From contig OX597819.1 in NCBI GenBank assembly GCA_951406725.2, positions 85,932,001 through 85,996,000 on the forward strand: a DNA stretch of 64,000 nt, read 5' to 3'. Positions 38,950 through 51,922 of the stretch are shown one piece after another. A program made the translations under genes and the position numbers. The DNA is from Octopus vulgaris (lineage: Eukaryota). Every line of letters starts with the position of its first letter. Position 1 is the first letter of the stretch. The notes below the pieces were generated by a model that searched no databases, was not told the DNA's origin, and saw only the letters and a list, made by a program, of their open reading frames with translations.

Positions 38950-41553
38950 TTAGAAAAGTCAAGAAACTAACATTTACTTTGCTTTATTTGAAAACAAAAA
39001 CATCACCCACAAAATCGATCACTCCTTTTGAAATAAATCATGCAAAATTCTAGGGGGATTCTTAACACCTGCTCAATTTTTTACCAAATTTGGTGTGCAG
39101 ACACAATGCAATGCAGAAATAAAATAACTGAAATTTTAGCTTTCTAGTTGGAGTAGTTTTGGAGTTAAGGAATTTTAAAACTATAATCAATAGCCACTAG
39201 ATTCACATTTCAGTATTTCCGATGTCTAAATCGTTATAACAGCAAGAGAGGTGGAATAAAAGTGTATTTATACATTTTTAAGAGTACTGAATTGAAATTG
39301 CTCTGTACAAACGTTCAAAACCAGGCTATTTTAAGAAAGAGGCTTCAAGTTGTATTCGATCACGTAGAAGATTATGAACAATACATATTTTTAACTTTAT
39401 AGTTTTAATTCCAATTAAAAATAAAACTATGTAAGAAAAAGTGTGCTCAATGTTAAAATTTTATTAAACATACCAAAGAATTAATATATTTTGTTAGATA
39501 AAATAAATTGAAGCTGAAGTTTCTCCTCCTTTTTACAAACATCATAAAGAAATGTGAAGGCACTTGATTGCCTGTCCTGCACTCTGATTTGTTGATGATT
39601 CTCGAATCCAAACGTTTTTTACAGAGTTCAATGCTTTTTGTGAACTTGGAGGCCACCACATAACTTCTGATAATCATGGGCATTGGACATTTGATCAGTA
39701 AACCAAAAATCTACCCAGCTATAAGAGATGAATCGACAAACATTGAGAAACAAAACTCTTTTCTCTGGTAGAAGAATACATGCCAAAATAGGTAGTATTG
39801 CTCGAGAATTCCATCTTGTATTACTTAAGTTAGGTTATGTTTTGAAATTTTACAGTAGGAAATTTGTCGGTTTCTTCTAAGAAACGAAAAACTCTGGTCA
39901 ATGAAATAGAAATTTCATGTTACCTCGCCATCCCGCTGATTCAGTAATCTTTTCTGCAACATTATTGAAATTAGCCTGAAGTTTCTCGTAATTACTTAGA
40001 AGCTCTGGGATGAACGTATATTCAATATTGGGAGATGATTTTTTTATCCATTACACCACGAAGAACACTATCAAGGATATGATGCTGCTAACCAATAAAT
40101 TATGGTTCTTTCAAAATCTTTTGAGCTTTGAAACTGAATGACTATGCTATTTATTTTCCCAATGTTCACAAACGTTGTATCAGTAACGATCGTCTTTACT
40201 CAGTTCCAAAAATTGTACTCATCTAAAACAGCTGTTATTCCTTTCACAACGGTATCAGCTTTTTCATTTGGTAATTGGAGTGCTTCTAACTTAACTTCTC
40301 TTTGTTCATTCGTTAAAACTAGCACTTGGTATTCTTGGTCATCAGTATATTTGCCATCAAAATACAATAACCAGTTTCTAAATGTAGCGTTTTCTTCATT
40401 TTCATTTTTAGTTTAACAGCTTCTTTAATAGTCAAGTTGTAAATATCAGATTTGGAATGGGTCTCGACATTGATTCCATTTTGAAATAATTGTCGACAAA
40501 CTGTTGCTGCTTTTGGGGTTGATAGCTTCGACGATATTACTAACTTGGTTACAGTTCTACTTTTGCTATACTTCCTCTCTGTTTATGTGGATTCTTCATC
40601 TGACCTTTCGGACTCTTGATATTCACTTTCAGTCTCTGCTTCAGACGTTACTCTGATTGAATTTGGCATTAAGGACACTTTTTTCTTTTGGATGGATGGA
40701 TAGTTTTAGAACTGGCTGACTTTCCAGTTCCATACCCAACATGTCCCTTGCGTTCAATTCGAAGATAATACAATCTTCTATCCTCATTGCACAGCCACTC
40801 ACAGTTTTCCTTTGTGATGTCAAAAATTCCTTTCAATGAATCGTATTTTCCTCGTTTTACACACTTATCGTAGGTATTCAGAACTTTTTCTACTTTTGCT
40901 TGTACGTTTTGAATTGATAAATAGGGTAAATTAAAATTTTTTTGCCATAAAAAAGTTACTTCTTCCGAAATTTCCTTTGTTCTTTCTTTCCTTCCTTTGA
41001 TGGTACCACCAAGGAACAGGTAGCGACCGACAATTTGAAGTTTCCTGGATTTGTTTTCCAAACGAACGCTCTTCTAGAGGAACAGGTCTTCTTTTCCTAT
41101 GTGAGTCTTGAAATTGCGCAAGATTCTTGGTCCAGATTATTTGTTTCTTTGAGTGACACAAGCACTTCTCATATGAAACATTATTTTAGATACTCTAGTT
41201 GGATAAGCCCACTATTCTGAAAAACAGCTAATATAGTCAGAGTTTTTAGCGTCACAGAAATATAAAGAAGAGGAAGAGGATATTTCCTAAAGTAGGGCCT
41301 ATTAGGAGATGACTTTTTTCTCCAAGTTCATTATCCATTACAACACCCAAATTACTTAAACTTGAAAGCTGAAATTTGAAATATACTGCTTATGCATTGT
41401 ATTAAGTCAGCACACCATGTTTGGTATAAACTTGAGTAGGCATTATGAACCTCGCTAGAATTTTGAATGATTTGGGTCAAAAGTGGTGTTAGATTTCTTC
41501 AGTTAGGGGTGATGTCATTTTAAAGATTCTTAAAATAAAGGATATTGTCCCTA
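38950..41553 (-). mobile_element. Decayed DNA transposon, hAT-like (probably hATm type), with long diverged TIRs
   Basis: ~39000-39165 and ~41345-41517 are imperfect inverted repeats. Minus-strand fragments give WLLYFDGK, IVTDTT, QHHILDSVLR and SNTRWNSRAI. The N-terminal ORF piece is 40669-41061. Boundaries are approximate. Confidence 0.65.
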
Positions 41554-41684
41554 CTTCTATAAACTTGTTCATCGACGTTTGGTACAGCAAATTGTTTATT
41601 TCCAACAAATCAAAACGTCATAACTCTAATGTGTATGTATGTATATATGTATGTGTATGTATATATATGTACACACATTCATGC

Positions 41685-41765
<81 letters not shown>

Positions 41766-42351
41766 CGTGTGTATGTGTTTCTCTGTGTGTGTCTGTGTAT
41801 TTGTGTATGGATATATATACATGATGAATGTGAGTGTATATATATATATATATAATAACAAATTAATAAATAAAACATATGCATATATACATACATATAT
41901 GTACGCACCTACATCTATATGTATATATACATGCATATATGGGTACAGGACACCAAAAGAACGTCGAATACAATGAGAAACAAAACCATAAACACAAAAC
42001 CAAGAAAATGGACATTTTTCTTAAATAACGAAAAAATAGAGTACAAGACATACAACACAAGGAAAATTCCCTTCTTCAGTCGCCTCTGTTTCATCTCCTC
42101 CGCGTTTCGAAGGTAAAAGCGAGACACGACTTCGTTCAAACATTCCTTCCCGCAAAAGGCAAATTAAATAAAATTTGAGATTTTTTTGCGGAGGGGTAAA
42201 AATGGTAACAAAACAGGACAGTAAAGACAGTACAAAATATAAACAGTAAAAGACAGGACAAGGAGAATAACAGTAACACAGACATTAAGAGCTGTTAAGC
42301 CAAACGAGAGAAAATATTACGAACGCTTTTTGAGAACGGCGAGACACTCCC

Positions 42352-42633
42352 CTCCAACATCCACGACACTAACCATGCACTCTGTCTCTTCAACTCTTTC
42401 TCCTTCCCTCCTGGCATCTCTAAACTTCTTTTTACTCTAGATATTAAGAGTCTATATACTGTGGTCCCACACAGCATACTTTTTGCTCTCAAACACTTCT
42501 TAGACCCTCGAACCAACCCTCCAGCCTGACACCTTATTTTCTCCCTCAACTGCTTCCCGTTCGCGCGGCATTTTTACCAACAGTTCTCGGGAGTGGCCAT
42601 AAGAACGAGAAAGGGCCTCAACTATGAAAACAT
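42352..42633 (+). pseudogene. Penelope-like element reverse transcriptase fragment
   Basis: LPSNIHDTNHAL...LLFTLDIKSLYTVVPH and LNCFPFARHFYQQFSGVAIRTRKGLNYENM match PLE RT motifs (LDVxSLYTxIP; NxFxF...YxQxxGxAMG...PxYAN). A pLTR-like segment precedes it at ~41855-42335. Confidence 0.8.
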
Positions 42634-42924
42634 GATCTTTACTTCTACCTACCTTTCCTCTCCTCTCTTCCTCAGACATCTACTGCTTCTTTTCACTCCT
42701 ATCTGCCTTCTCTTTAAAACACCAGTTGTGTTTATTCTTTTATACCTACGTCATCCAATGACCAACCTCAGAGTTGGATCCATGGTTTAAATTCGAGCTG
42801 GTACTTATATATCTAGAGTAGCCTACCTACATTTGACTTGATCTTCTCAATATAGTTTACCGCTCTGTGAGATCTATTTTATCGTACCTAGCCATTTCTT
42901 GCGTTTAACTTGTATGTGATTCTT

Positions 42925-43130
42925 TTATTCATTTATTTCGTTCAGTCCTTCGACTGCGGCCATATACCACCTTGAATTTTTAGTCAAATGGATCGACCCC
43001 ACTAATTATTTTCTAAGCCCGGTACTTATTCTATTGGATTGTTTTGTCGTACGGCTACGTTACGAGCACATAAACACAACGACACCGGCTGTCAAGCGGT
43101 GGTGGCTGACAAACACTGATACAAAGACAC
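42925..43130 (-). mobile_element. SINE 3' fragment
   Basis: Reverse complement resembles the 3' half of the SINE at 51514-51922. Confidence 0.7.
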
Positions 43131-43407
43131 ACACACGCATGTACACACACACACGCACGCGCGCACACACGCATGTACACACACACACGCACAATACAAA
43201 AATAGAAAACTTTAGACAAATACAAATATGTCTTTGAATATTTTCTAAATTGCTCTCATTCATGTGTGCTTTCGTTTGACCTTACCACGATATATGACAT
43301 ATTTAAATAATTCAGCGTTACAGTGCCTATATAGTGTATCACATTTATGTAGTATTGAACTTTTCAACTTTTCATGCTACAAGTATAATATAATATAATA
43401 TAATATA

Positions 43408-43438
<31 letters not shown>

Positions 43439-43533
43439 GCATACATATGTGTGTGTGTCTGTGCGTGTCTGTGTGTGTCTGTGTGTGTATGTATGTATGT
43501 ATATATGTATGTATGTATATATATATATATATA

Positions 43534-46500
43534 TACATTATATAAAAGGGCTTAGTAAAATAAATTACTTTGCCGCATACTGAACTCATTAGAAATAGCA
43601 GCTAAAAAACTTTTTTAAAGCTATTTCTAATACTTAAAGAAAATCTCTCTCATATATAGTGTTTGCTTAAGTTTGGGGGTAAGGACATTAAAAAATCAAA
43701 TGCTAAGGTTATTTGAGAACGTACGTTTCAAGATTAGTCAAAACAACACTTCTATCATCAGCTCAGAAACTCCTTGGTTTGGATTTGGAAACACTGAAAG
43801 TAAGAACATACCCTTTCGAAGATCCGCTCGTAACTAACAGTGCCAACAAACCCAAATAAGCAAGCGAAGAATTTCTGTTCTCCCCTTTCCACCAGCGTGG
43901 GTTAAAATCATCAAACGCTATGCTTATTTCGGTAAAATCCGAAGCATTAATTAGAGGGAGATTAATTATAATTTCAACAATTGAGGGTAAAATTAATTAA
44001 TTATTAATCAATTTCACCAAGTGTTCAGTATGCAAAGGGACCATTTAAGGCGAATTCAAATTATTACATTATATAAAAGGGCTTAGTAAAATAAATTACT
44101 TTGCCGCATACTGAACTCATTAGAAATAGCAGCTAAAAAACTTTTTTAAAGCTATTTCTAATACTTAAAGAAAATCTCTCATATATAGTGTTTGCTTAAT
44201 TCAACTCACAAAAGTTTGGGGGTAAGGACATTAAAAAATCAAATGCTAAGGTTATTTGAGAACGTACGTTTCAAGATTAGTCAAAACAACACTTCTATCA
44301 TCAGCTCAGAAACTCCTTTCTTTAAGTATTAGAAATAGCTTTAAAAAAGTTTTTTAGCTGCTATTTCTAATTAATCTCCCTCTAATTAATGCTTCGGATT
44401 TTACCGAAATAAGCATAGCGTTTGATGATTTTAACCCACGCTGGTGGAAAGGGGAGAACAGAAATTCTTCGCTTGCTTATTTGGGTTTGTTGGCACTGTT
44501 AGTTACGAGCGGATCTTCGAAAGGGTATGTTCTTACTTTCAGTGTTTCCAAATCCAAACCAAGGAGTTTCTGAGCTGATGATAGAAGTGTTGTTTTGACT
44601 AATCTTGAAACGTACGTTCTCAAATAACCTTAGCATTTGATTTTTTAATGTCCTTACCCCCAAACTTTTGTGAGTTGAATTAAGCAAACACTATATATGA
44701 GAGAGATTTTCTTTAAGTATTAGAAATAGCTTTAAAAAAGTTTTTTAGCTGCTATTTCTAATGAGTTCAGTATGCGGCAAAGTAATTTATTTTACTAAGC
44801 CCTTTTATATAATGTAATAATTTGAATTCGCCTTAAATGGTCCCTTTGCATACTGAACACTTGGTGAAATTGATTAATAATTAATTAATTTTACCCTCAA
44901 TTGTTGAAATTATAATTAATCTCCCTCTAATTAATGCTTCGGATTTTACCGAAATAAGCATAGCGTTTGATGATTTTAACCCACGCTGGTGGAAAGGGGA
45001 GAACAGAAATTCTTCGCTTGCTTATTTGGGTTTGTTGGCACTGTTAGTTACGAGCGGATCTTCGAAAGGGTATGTTCTTACTTTCAGTGTTTCCAAATCC
45101 AAACCAAGGAGTTTCTGAGCTGATGATAGAAGTGTTGTTTTGACTAATCTTGAAACGTACGTTCTCAAATAACCTTAGCATTTGATTTTTTAATGTCCTT
45201 ACCCCCAAACTTTTGTGAGTTGAATTAAGCAAACACTATATATGAGAGAGATTTTCTTTAAGTATTAGAAATAGCTTTAAAAAGTTTTTTAGCTGCTATT
45301 TCTAATGAGTTCAGTATGCGGCAAAGTAATTTATTTTACTAAGCCCTTTTATATAATGTAATAATTTGAATTCGCCTTAAATGGTCCCTTTGCATACTGA
45401 ACACTTGGTGAAATTGATTAATAATTAATTAATTTTACCCTCAATTGTTGAAATTATAATTAATCTCCCTCTAATTAATGCTTCGGATTTTACCGAAATA
45501 AGCATAGCGTTTGATGATTTTAACCCACGCTGGTGGAAAGGGGAGAACAGAAATTCTTCGCTTGCTTATTTGGGTTTGTTGGCACTGTTAGTTACGAGCG
45601 GATCTTCGAAAGGGTATGTTCTTACTTTCAGTGTTTCCAAATCCAAACCAAGGAGTTTCTGAGCTGATGATAGAAGTGTTGTTTTGACTAATCTTGAAAC
45701 GTACGTTCTCAAATAACCTTAGCATTTGATTTTTTAATGTCCTTACCCCCAAACTTTTGTGAGTTGAATTAAGCAAACACTATATATGAGAGAGATTTTC
45801 TTTAAGTATTAGAAATAGCTTTAAAAAAGTTTTTTAGCTGCTATTTCTAATGAGTTCAGTATGCGGCAAAGTAATTTATTTTACTAAGCCCTTTTATATA
45901 ATGTAATAATTTGAATTCGCCTTAAATGGTCCCTTTGCATACTGAACACTTGGTGAAATTGATTAATAATTAATTAATTTTACCCTCAATTGTTGAAATT
46001 ATAATTAATCTCCCTCTAATTAATGCTTCGGATTTTACCGAAATAAGCATAGCGTTTGATGATTTTAACCCACGCTGGTGGAAAGGGGAGAACAGAAATT
46101 CTTCGCTTGCTTATTTGGGTTTGTTGGCACTGTTAGTTACGAGCGGATCTTCGAAAGGGTATGTTCTTACTTTCAGTGTTTCCAAATCCAAACCAAGGAG
46201 TTTCTGAGCTGATGATAGAAGTGTTGTTTTGACTAATCTTGAAACGTACGTTCTCAAATAACCTTAGCATTTGATTTTTTAATGTCCTTACCCCCAAACT
46301 TTTGTGAGTTGAATTAAGCAAACACTATATATGAGAGAGATTTTCTTTAAGTATTAGAAATAGCTTTAAAAAAGTTTTTTAGCTGCTATTTCTAATGAGT
46401 TCAGTATGCGGCAAAGTAATTTATTTTACTAAGCCCTTTTATATAATGTAATAATTTGAATTCGCCTTAAATGGTCCCTTTGCATACTGAACACTTGGTG

Positions 46501-47093
46501 AAATTGATTAATAATTAATTAATTTTACCCTCAATTGTTGAAATTATAATTAATCTCCCTCTAATTAATGCTTCGGATTTTACCGAAATAAGCATAGCGT
46601 TTGATGATTTTAACCCACGCTGGTGGAAAGGGGAGAACAGAAATTCTTCGCTTGCTTATTTGGGTTTGTTGGCACTGTTAGTTACGAGCGGATCTTCGAA
46701 AGGGTATGTTCTTACTTTCAGTGTTTCCAAATCCAAACCAAGGAGTTTCTGAGCTGATGATAGAAGTGTTGTTTTGACTAATCTTGAAACGTACGTTCTC
46801 AAATAACCTTAGCATTTGATTTTTTAATGTCCTTACCCCCAAACTTTTGTGAGTTGAATTAAGCAAACACTATATATGAGAGAGATTTTCTTTAAGTATT
46901 AGAAATAGCTTTAAAAAAGTTTTTTAGCTGCTATTTCTAATGAGTTCAGTATGCGGCAAAGTAATTTATTTTACTAAGCCCTTTTATATAATGTAATAAT
47001 TTGAATTCGCCTTAAATGGTCCCTTTGCATACTGAACACTTGGTGAAATTGATTAATAATTAATTAATTTTACCCTCAATTGTTGAAATTATA
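43534..47093. repeat. Array of 545-bp hammerhead-containing monomers: ~1.4 inverted copies then 5 tandem copies, inserted in (TA)n
   Basis: Plus-strand units start at ~44372, 44917, 45461, 46006 and 46551 and are almost identical. 43534-44316 is the same sequence in the opposite orientation. Confidence 0.97.
44571..44622 (+). ncRNA. Type I hammerhead motif of the 545-bp monomer (also + 45116-45167, 45660-45711, 46205-46256, 46750-46801; - 43714-43765, 44257-44308)
   Basis: tgag-CTGATGA-tagaag...aatctt-GAAA-CGTACG-TT-ctca: 4-bp stem I, intact core, short/weak stem II, palindromic stem III and GUU triplet. Confidence 0.75.
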
Positions 47094-47324
47094 TATATAT
47101 ACATATATACATATATATATACACATTGCAAAAGAGCTGAATTCGAAATTCGAAAGACACGCAATGAGTGTCCTATTTGTCATATTGATAACAAACATAT
47201 CTCCTTTGCTATGTATATTATAAATGTTACCTTCAATCATAGTTCTTCGAGTCACATAATATAGACATACATACATACATGCATGCATGTTTACATACAA
47301 ACATACGTACATACTAACAAGCAC

Positions 47325-48355
47325 ACATAATTTCCACATAAAAAGTGACGTAGACCGCCTCTACTTAAAACATAAAAAAAGCGGCAGAGGCTTAACATCA
47401 ATCGAAACTGCATTTGAATGTCGTATCATATCCCTTTGGCAACATCTTTTAACCACCAAGCATCGAAGTGCATCCCTTGATCAAGTTTGCATACATGAAG
47501 CTAATAACATCATAAGACTTAGAAGGCAGATCCTTGTGCAACACTCTTTGTCAGATAACCTAGAATACATGCCCAAAGAAGTCGCTCGACTCTACCACAA
47601 CATATCATCAAATAAGAGGATGCGCTTATATGAGCAGAAGACTATGTATGGAGATGTTAGTAGAAAGCTCCGTGATAATAGTAACATCGATCATCAAAGC
47701 AGTTTATCATGGATGAATATGCGGTTTACTACCTCCTACACTTTGAAGGGTATGCGTCTGCACTCCAGGAACAGGAAATATCAACCAAGTACGTGGGATA
47801 GAGTACGGGAAAAAGTACCTGGGATAGAGAGGCGAGTTAAAAAACTGTAAAATGTGACAACCGATGCAGACTTCACTGAAGATCTCACCCACATCATACG
47901 CAGTTGTCCGAAAATGTTATCACTGTATTATCTACCGATGTGACATGACGTTGTAGCTAAGACACTCTATAATGATCCGTCGGAAGGATAATCCCAAGAA
48001 CAAAGAAATAAGAACCCACACTGTGGTAGAAACCGTAGCTACTCATAATAAAAAGGAACACTGGTGGAATGAACCAGTGAAGACCTCAGTAAAATGTAAG
48101 CACAACAGACTTGTAATAAAGAAAAGAAACTGCACAGTTGTAGAAATTAGCTGCCCAGCGGATGTTAACGTAAAGCTGAAGATCAGTGAAAAAGAGAACA
48201 CTTACGCCGAAATATTGAGAGATCTACAGTTACTCTATCCAGATTACAAGTTCAGGTTTATACCTGTAATTATTGGGAGCCCTGTGATATGTAACACACT
48301 GCCTAAATAGCAATCTTGAGAAATTAGGCTTCGTAAAACCACAAAAGAAAAAGCT
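47325..48355 (+). mobile_element. 5'-truncated R4/Dong-type non-LTR retrotransposon (REL endonuclease) fragment
   Basis: HIKSDVDRLYLKHKKSGRGL (RT C-terminus), a CCHC knuckle RCRL..EDLTHIIRSCP..*HDVVA, and a REL domain WWNEPV..HNR..VEISCP..EKENTY..L..FIPVIIG. Flanked by (TACA)n. Confidence 0.8.
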
Positions 48356-49091
48356 ACATAAAACATACAAATCTGCACACACATACATACATACATACAT
48401 ACATACATACATACATACATAAATACATAGAAACAGACAGACAGACTGACATACATGCATACATACATACATACATACATACGAACATACATACATACAT
48501 ATCTACATACATACATACGTACATACATACATACATACAAACAAAAATAACCTGTTGTTGATGTTGAAATTCTAATGAAGGATCCTTGGATCTAGGTTAG
48601 AAACCGGCTCATTCAGTATTGGCAAGAAATCTTGAAATAAACTGAATAATCACACACACAAACACACATACACACATACACACATATACGTTGAAAGGTA
48701 ATTGATTTTCCTGAATCGCATATCAAAAACGATGACTATCATGAATGTGATCTGCTTTGTTTCAGAATTATTAAATGTTTTTTTAATATTTTGTTTCGAA
48801 CAATAATGTTCTGAATTTCATTCCTCTTCTTTTATCAGTCCCATTTCCTAATTTAATAGCTGTAATAACGTATTGTCATTCAGTGCAATAAAATTAATGT
48901 CGTATTTAAAATTACATGTATACGAATCATGTTTGATTTTATGATATCTTTCAATTCTTTCAAATATTTTTTCATCTGTATGTCTAAATTATTAATGTAA
49001 CTTCCCATTAGAAAATGATACATAAGCAGATTTGAAAGCTCCTTTATGAAAATTAGCACAAGGAACATATTCGTGATTTGATTATATATAG

Positions 49092-49124
<33 letters not shown>

Positions 49125-49160
49125 TGTATGTATGTATGTATGTATCTCTCTCTCTCTGTA

Positions 49161-49191
<31 letters not shown>

Positions 49192-49195
<4 letters not shown>

Positions 49196-49325
49196 AGAGT
49201 TTACGAAAAAAACAAAAGACGAAGACAGGTGGTGTACAAAGCAAACAGATGTATTAGTATAACGCTCAGGAATAGAAAAAGTCTTTTACGTTTCGAGTCT
49301 ACGCTCTTCTACAGAAAGGGGCACA

Positions 49326-49328
<3 letters not shown>
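49192..49328 (-). mobile_element. Short (TA)n-inserted element with minimal hammerhead-like motif (copy 2)
   Basis: The minus strand of 49283-49318 reads cttt-CTGTAGA-a-gagc-gtag-actc-GAAA-CG-TA-aaag. It has the same left end as the element at 13924. Confidence 0.75.
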
Positions 49329-49395
<67 letters not shown>

Positions 49396-49816
49396 CTTAC
49401 TTATAAATGTATGCGTGGCGGTCGATCATATAATAGTATAAATAATATATGTATATTTGCATATATACACACATATATGTACATTCCTACATATATATGT
49501 ATATATACATGCATATATGGGTACATGACGTCAAACACACACACACACACGTCCATTTCATATAGACGTACATAAACTTTTACTTTCTTTCTCTGTTCTT
49601 TTCGCTTTGTCTTCTTTCAATTTCTGCTCTCTTGAAATACATTTTTACATAATGAGCGTGAGAAACACAGAAAAGACGTAATCTCTCCAGAAACAAGTAT
49701 AAAGCAAGAAGGATTGTAGAAAACCGAAGGCAAGTGTCTGAAGAGAGATGAGATTTCTCAAGATCAGCAAATTCATGTTGCAGCACTTAATGCTGGATCA
49801 TTAAATCAATGTTTTA

Positions 49817-50634
49817 ATGATTAGACAGAGGTCCAGTAGTATAGCTCTCAGAAACACACTACGCACAAATTTATTCTTCACAACTCCTGAAGTTGTTTTC
49901 AGATATGATCCATCCCGTTCATATAAAAATGATAACTCTGTCCAAATTGGTGTGCTAAACACAAATTGTCGTTTATGTAGAGCTTTAAAATTTTCAAATG
50001 AACCAGACGGTAAGTGCTGCTCAGGTGGCAAGGCAACATTGCCAGCACTACCAGCTCCTTCTCAACCTCTTATGAATCTTCTAGAAGGCACTTCCATCAA
50101 GTCAAAAGATTTCCTTAACAATTTCAGACAATACAACTCTGCACTTCAAATGACAGCGTTTGGAGCATCTAAGAAGATTGATAAACATGAATTTACGCCG
50201 ACGTCAGAGTTCAAGAGCAAGTCTATCACCTCATTGGTTCTCTGTTACTCGCAAATGAACAACCACAGTTCCTCCAAACTTAGTTTATGAGTGATGTAGG
50301 ACAATAAACCCGACGGAAGTGCCAAAATTCCAGATGATGAGTCGCGTTACACACAGTGCCAACTGCTGCAAAGGAAAGTATATCCACTGACTGATTTTCG
50401 GTGCCTTCAAAAATCATATAAACCCCACATCCAATTTTCCATGACTGGTTAGGGCCTGAAATGCTTCAAACGGACGCATAGCATGTTGCTTAGTCAAAGC
50501 AGCCCATCATTTACTCCACAAATGTTTTGCTGTCAATGCTGCACTTCCCATATCACCTGTTTCAACATAACTGTAAAACATTATATACAGACTATGCCAT
50601 TTTAATCTCGAGCAATGCCGGGTATCTCTGCTAG
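49817..50634 (+). mobile_element. Helitron relic (RepHel N-terminal fragment plus 3' end), copy 1
   Basis: CRLCRALKF..E...CCSGGK.LP...SKDFLNNFRQYNSALQMTAFGA, then a frameshifted RVQEQVYHLIGSL. The 3' end is ctcgagcaatgccggg...tgCTAG|t. Confidence 0.85.
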
Positions 50635-50716
50635 TATATATACATATAAATACGTATGTAAGTATGCATATATATATGTATATATATATATATATATATA
50701 TAAATACGTATGTAAG

Positions 50717-50816
<100 letters not shown>

Positions 50817-50858
50817 AATATGTATACATATTTATATATTTATATATACATATGTATA

Positions 50859-50896
<38 letters not shown>

Positions 50897-50919
50897 CATG
50901 TGAATATCTATGCCTATGT

Positions 50920-50962
<43 letters not shown>

Positions 50963-51513
50963 TAGATAAAACATATATGTATATATGTTTGTGTGTGTGC
51001 GTGTTTGTGAATGTGTTCGTGTGTGTGCGTGCGTGCGTGTGTATTGTATTTATGATGGATAGAATTAGATGAGTCTCGATGACAGGTTTATGTTATTTGT
51101 CGACAAGAATCTCACAAATTATATCTTTTAACGAGATAATGATTTTTCGATTTTGATGACCTGATTGAATTTAAATAGTATGGTTGTTTGATCACTCTAC
51201 TTCTTACCCGTTGTAGCCACACCTAATTTTCCTATATATTCGTGCATTAAGATTGTATAACCTAGTGCTGCAACTGATGTTTAAGTTGTTCAGGTCGCTG
51301 GATGATACCTCACTTTTTTGATATTTTATCTGTTTAAAATTTTGCCTGATGATGATGAATTCTAGGTTATGACGTAATCCTTTCTGCTAGCTTTAGAAAA
51401 AATTCTACTAAAACAGCTATCACAAATTTAAAACACAAGCTGTGTTTATATTTTTATAGGACCAACCATGGAGTTGGATCCATGGTTTAAATTCGAGGTG
51501 GTAATTAAATATC

Positions 51514-51922
51514 ATGGGCGCAGGAATGGCTGTGTGGTAAGTAGCTTGCTAACCAACCACATGGTTCCGGGTTCAGTCCCACTGCGTGGCATCTTGGGCA
51601 AGTGTCTTCTGCTATAGCCCCGGGCCGACCAATGCCTTGTGAGTGGATTTGGTAGACGGAAACTGAAAGAAGCCTGTCGTATATATGTATATGTATGTAT
51701 GTGTGTTTGTGTGTCTGTGTTTGTCCCCCTAGCATTGCTTGACAACCGATGCTGGTGTGTTTCTGTCCCCGTCACTTAGCGGTTCGGCAAAAGAGACCGA
51801 TAGAATAAGTACTGGGCTTACAAAGAATAAGTCCCGGGGTCGATTCGCTCGACTAAAGGCGGTGCTCCAGCATGGCCGCAGTCAAATGACTGAAACAAGT
51901 AAAAGAGAAAGAGAGTAAAGAG
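51514..51922 (+). mobile_element. Full-length tRNA-derived SINE
   Basis: A box tggctgtgtgg, B box gggttcagtccc, CORE-like atcttgggcaagtgtctt and an (aagag) tail. The empty site taattaaatatctagag is seen in the duplicate at ~53931; tatc is duplicated at the insertion. Confidence 0.9.

Noticed and set aside
44499-46866. Five identical 62-aa minus-strand ORFs
   Set aside because: By-product of the 545-bp repeat: non-ATG start, no recognisable domain, antisense to the HHR, and not evident in the sister element at 35121.
44372-47093. CRISPR-like array
   Set aside because: Units are 545 bp and identical end to end, with no unique spacers or cas genes; eukaryotic context.
51514-51590. tRNA gene candidates at SINE heads (also 19270-19345, 58760-58833)
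   Set aside because: A/B boxes continue into SINE body sequence and no full cloverleaf is evident.
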